Position numbers and translations under genes: made by a program
Origin: Gemmatimonadota bacterium
Lineage (GTDB): Bacteria > Gemmatimonadota > Gemmatimonadetes > Palauibacterales > Palauibacteraceae
DNA: 16,232 nucleotides
NCBI GenBank assembly: GCA_039588275.1
Contig: JBDHAC010000075.1
Location: 1-16,232 of the forward strand
Reading direction: 5' to 3'
Notes under the pieces: generated by a model
Databases searched by the model: none
Told to the model about the DNA's origin: nothing
The model's input: the letters and a program-made list of their open reading frames with translations, nothing else
In this document: piece by piece, positions 14,284-16,232 of the stretch
How positions within the stretch are numbered: the stretch's first letter is position 1
Layout of the letters: each line of letters begins with the position of its first letter

Positions 14284-16232
14284 ATGGGACCCTCCGCCGG
14301 ACACGATTTCCTCCGCAACTCGTTTCCTGGTGACTCCTCGGCATCGGCAGGCTCGCCGGCCTTGCCGCATAAGGCCCGACGGTGTCGATTGCCTGGGGAA
14401 GAACCCGCATACGCGGCGGCTGCCTCGAGCGCGCTCCGCCGCCTTCCGAGGAATACCATGACGTTGGCTCTCCTCATCGGACTGCTCGCCTGCGGGCAGG
14501 ACGCGATTCCGACAGCTCCGGCGGGCCCGGAGCAGAACCGCCTGGTCGCGACGGTGACCGTGCAACCCTCGGACGCCGTGATCGCGCCCGATGACCAGAT
14601 CCGGCTGTCAGCGATCGTGAAGAGCGCCCGGGGACAGACCGTGAACGGTCGCCCGGTGGTGTGGAGCAGCTCGGATGAGAGCGTTGCGTACGTCGATGCG
14701 GGCGGCAATATCGTCGCGGGCCGCGAAGGGAGTGCGACGATCACCGCCGATGTGCTGGGCGTACGAGGGACCGGCACGATCGACGTCCGTGGTGAGGTGG
14801 TGGAGATCATCATCGCCGACCCGTCCGCGGGCCTCGTCGAGGGCTCGGTCGAAAGGCTGAAGGCGACCTACCTGTACTCTAACGGAGCGAGGCGCCCGGC
14901 AGGCTACCTGAAGTGGACGACGTCGGACCCATCCGTTCTGTGGGTGGATGGCAAAGGGCAGTTGACGGCCACGGGCGCGGGCGACGCTACGGTGACAGCC
15001 GCAGGTCGCGGTAAGAAGAACGGGAAGACTCTCAGGGTCAAGGGTGCGAAGGCGGCGAGCGTCACGGTGCACGCGAGCGCTACGGAGCTCGCGCCTGGAG
15101 AGACGACGCAAGCCTGGGCAGTGATTCTTGATAGCAAGGGCCGGCGTCTGTACAAGACTCCGACCTGGTCGAGCTCGAACCCGTCCGTGGCAACCGTTGC
15201 GAACGACGGTCTGATCACCGCCCACTCGCCGGGCCAGACGTCGATCAGCGCCACGGTCGATGGCGTGACGGGATCGCTGGGCATCCAGGTGTCCAGCCCC
15301 CCGAGCGGAGACGACGGGAGCGGAGACGACGGGAACGGTGGCGGCGGGAACACGAATCCGAGTGGAGTGACAGATCTCGCCGTGGCCGGGGCTGGCGAGA
15401 CATCGCTGATCCTTCAGTTCACCGAGGTCGATGACGGGACCGGCTCGCCCGCACGGTACGAGCTCCGGTACGACGCATCCGGCAACTTCGACTGGAACCA
15501 GGCGCTCGAAGTGCAGGATGGCTCGTGCCGGGCGCCCATAGAAGGCTCGAACGTGGGCGCCGTGCGAAGCTGCAAGGTGGAAGGGCTCTCGGCCGCGACG
15601 ACGTACCAATTCCAGATCGTAGCGTTCCGGGGCTCGCTGGACGGAGACGCCACGTTCGGTCCACTCTCGAATATCGCCACGGGATCCACCCAGGACCCGG
15701 CCCTCGTCGTGGATGTGACCCCCTCGGCGTTCACCGTAGAGGTAGGGTCCCAGCGTCAGCTGGACGCGCGGGTCACGGACTCGTACGGGAATCCCGTTGA
15801 GCAGTCCCTGACCTGGACCAGCTCGCGCTCGACGGTGGCCTCGGTCTCCTCGAGCGGCATGGTGGACGGCGTTAGCAGCGGCGGTGCCTCGATCCGTGCC
15901 ACCGCCGATGGCGGGGCCTCGGACGCGTCGGACGCGACGGTCTCCAACCCGCCTGATGAGGATGATGGAGGTGGAAGCGGTGGCGGGAGCCCCCCGCCTT
16001 CCAGCAACCGCCCAAACGAGCCTTCCGGGTTCACGACGATCACAGACACATCGTGGGACGTGCTGCCGCACTCGGGCACGGGAACGGCCGGACCCGCGAC
16101 CGACTACTGGAAGACGAACTCGATCGGCCGATTCTCCATTGCGCAAGATTCGTCTGCACCCGCTAGCCCAAGGAACGTGCTACACGGGCAGCAGTACGCG
16201 GGCGAAGCCCCGGGTTCATCTCAATGGCGCAC
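14284..16232 (+). CDS. 3'-truncated surface lipoprotein/adhesin-like protein: Big_2 x3, FN3, Big_2, then the start of an unidentified domain
   Basis: The frame is open from 14251 to the window end, with no stop, so it is absent from the ORF track. RRLPRNTMTLALLIGLLAC gives a lipobox-like LLA-C. Four Big_2-like repeats (VVWSSSDESVAYVD, LKWTTSDPSVLWVD, PTWSSSNPSVATVA, LTWTSSRSTVASVS). FN3-like VTDLAV...VEGLSAATTYQFQIVAF...GPLSN. Start uncertain: ATG 14284, TTG 14389 or ATG 14458. Confidence 0.85.
   Translation, partial: MGPSAGHDFLRNSFPGDSSASAGSPALPHKARRCRLPGEEPAYAAAASSALRRLPRNTMTLALLIGLLACGQDAIPTAPAGPEQNRLVATVTVQPSDAVIAPDDQIRLSAIVKSARGQTVNGRPVVWSSSDESVAYVDAGGNIVAGREGSATITADVLGVRGTGTIDVRGEVVEIIIADPSAGLVEGSVERLKATYLYSNGARRPAGYLKWTTSDPSVLWVDGKGQLTATGAGDATVTAAGRGKKNGKTLRVKGAKAASVTVHASATELAPGETTQAWAVILDSKGRRLYKTPTWSSSNPSVATVANDGLITAHSPGQTSISATVDGVTGSLGIQVSSPPSGDDGSGDDGNGGGGNTNPSGVTDLAVAGAGETSLILQFTEVDDGTGSPARYELRYDASGNFDWNQALEVQDGSCRAPIEGSNVGAVRSCKVEGLSAATTYQFQIVAFRGSLDGDATFGPLSNIATGSTQDPALVVDVTPSAFTVEVGSQRQLDARVTDSYGNPVEQSLTWTSSRSTVASVSSSGMVDGVSSGGASIRATADGGASDASDATVSNPPDEDDGGGSGGGSPPPSSNRPNEPSGFTTITDTSWDVLPHSGTGTAGPATDYWKTNSIGRFSIAQDSSAPASPRNVLHGQQYAGEAPGSSQWR
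15303..15347 (+). repeat. 15-bp in-frame tandem repeat in a Gly/Asp linker
   Basis: GAGCGGAGACGACGG x2 exact (15303-15332) plus a degenerate third copy GAACGGTGGCGGCGG; encodes SGDDGSGDDGNGGGG. Confidence 0.8.

Noticed and set aside
13829..14461. 210-aa plus-strand ORF across the intergenic region
   Set aside because: No protein motifs, and it runs through the riboswitch, which explains the region better.
14608..16146. 512-aa minus-strand ORF
   Set aside because: Antisense shadow of the plus-strand Ig/FN3 lipoprotein; Arg-rich with no motifs, typical of high-GC DNA.
1..16232. CRISPR arrays, IS elements, integrases, tRNA/rRNA, anti-phage defence genes, PEP-CTERM substrate genes
   Set aside because: No repeat-spacer pattern, transposase or integrase motifs, tRNA/rRNA signatures or PEP-TM-basic C-termini were found by inspection.

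Overview
Very GC-rich bacterial DNA; the protein style suggests Gemmatimonadota, but that is inference only. The window holds an exosortase (PEP-CTERM-type) associated exopolysaccharide/cell-surface glycosylation locus. Gene order: (+) 5'-truncated protein with a receiver-like tail and a degenerate GGDEF domain that keeps its RxxD I-site, an HpsJ-like 4-TM protein, exosortase, EpsI, LMW protein-tyrosine phosphatase; (-) VanZ-family membrane protein; (+) ArnC/GtrB-like GT2, a second GT2 paralog lacking the catalytic motifs, PEP-CTERM-locus polysaccharide deacetylase, GT-C membrane glycosyltransferase; (-) a second ArnT/PMT-like GT-C; (+) FemAB-like protein, DegT-family aminotransferase split by a frameshift near a G8 run. 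These are followed by a clear c-di-GMP-I (GEMM) riboswitch and a 3'-truncated Big_2/FN3 surface lipoprotein that is absent from the supplied ORF track. Two near-identical sigma54 -24/-12 promoter motifs sit in the two divergent intergenic regions. No mobile elements, CRISPR arrays, tRNA or rRNA were seen. All family calls come from motif recognition by eye, not from database searches.
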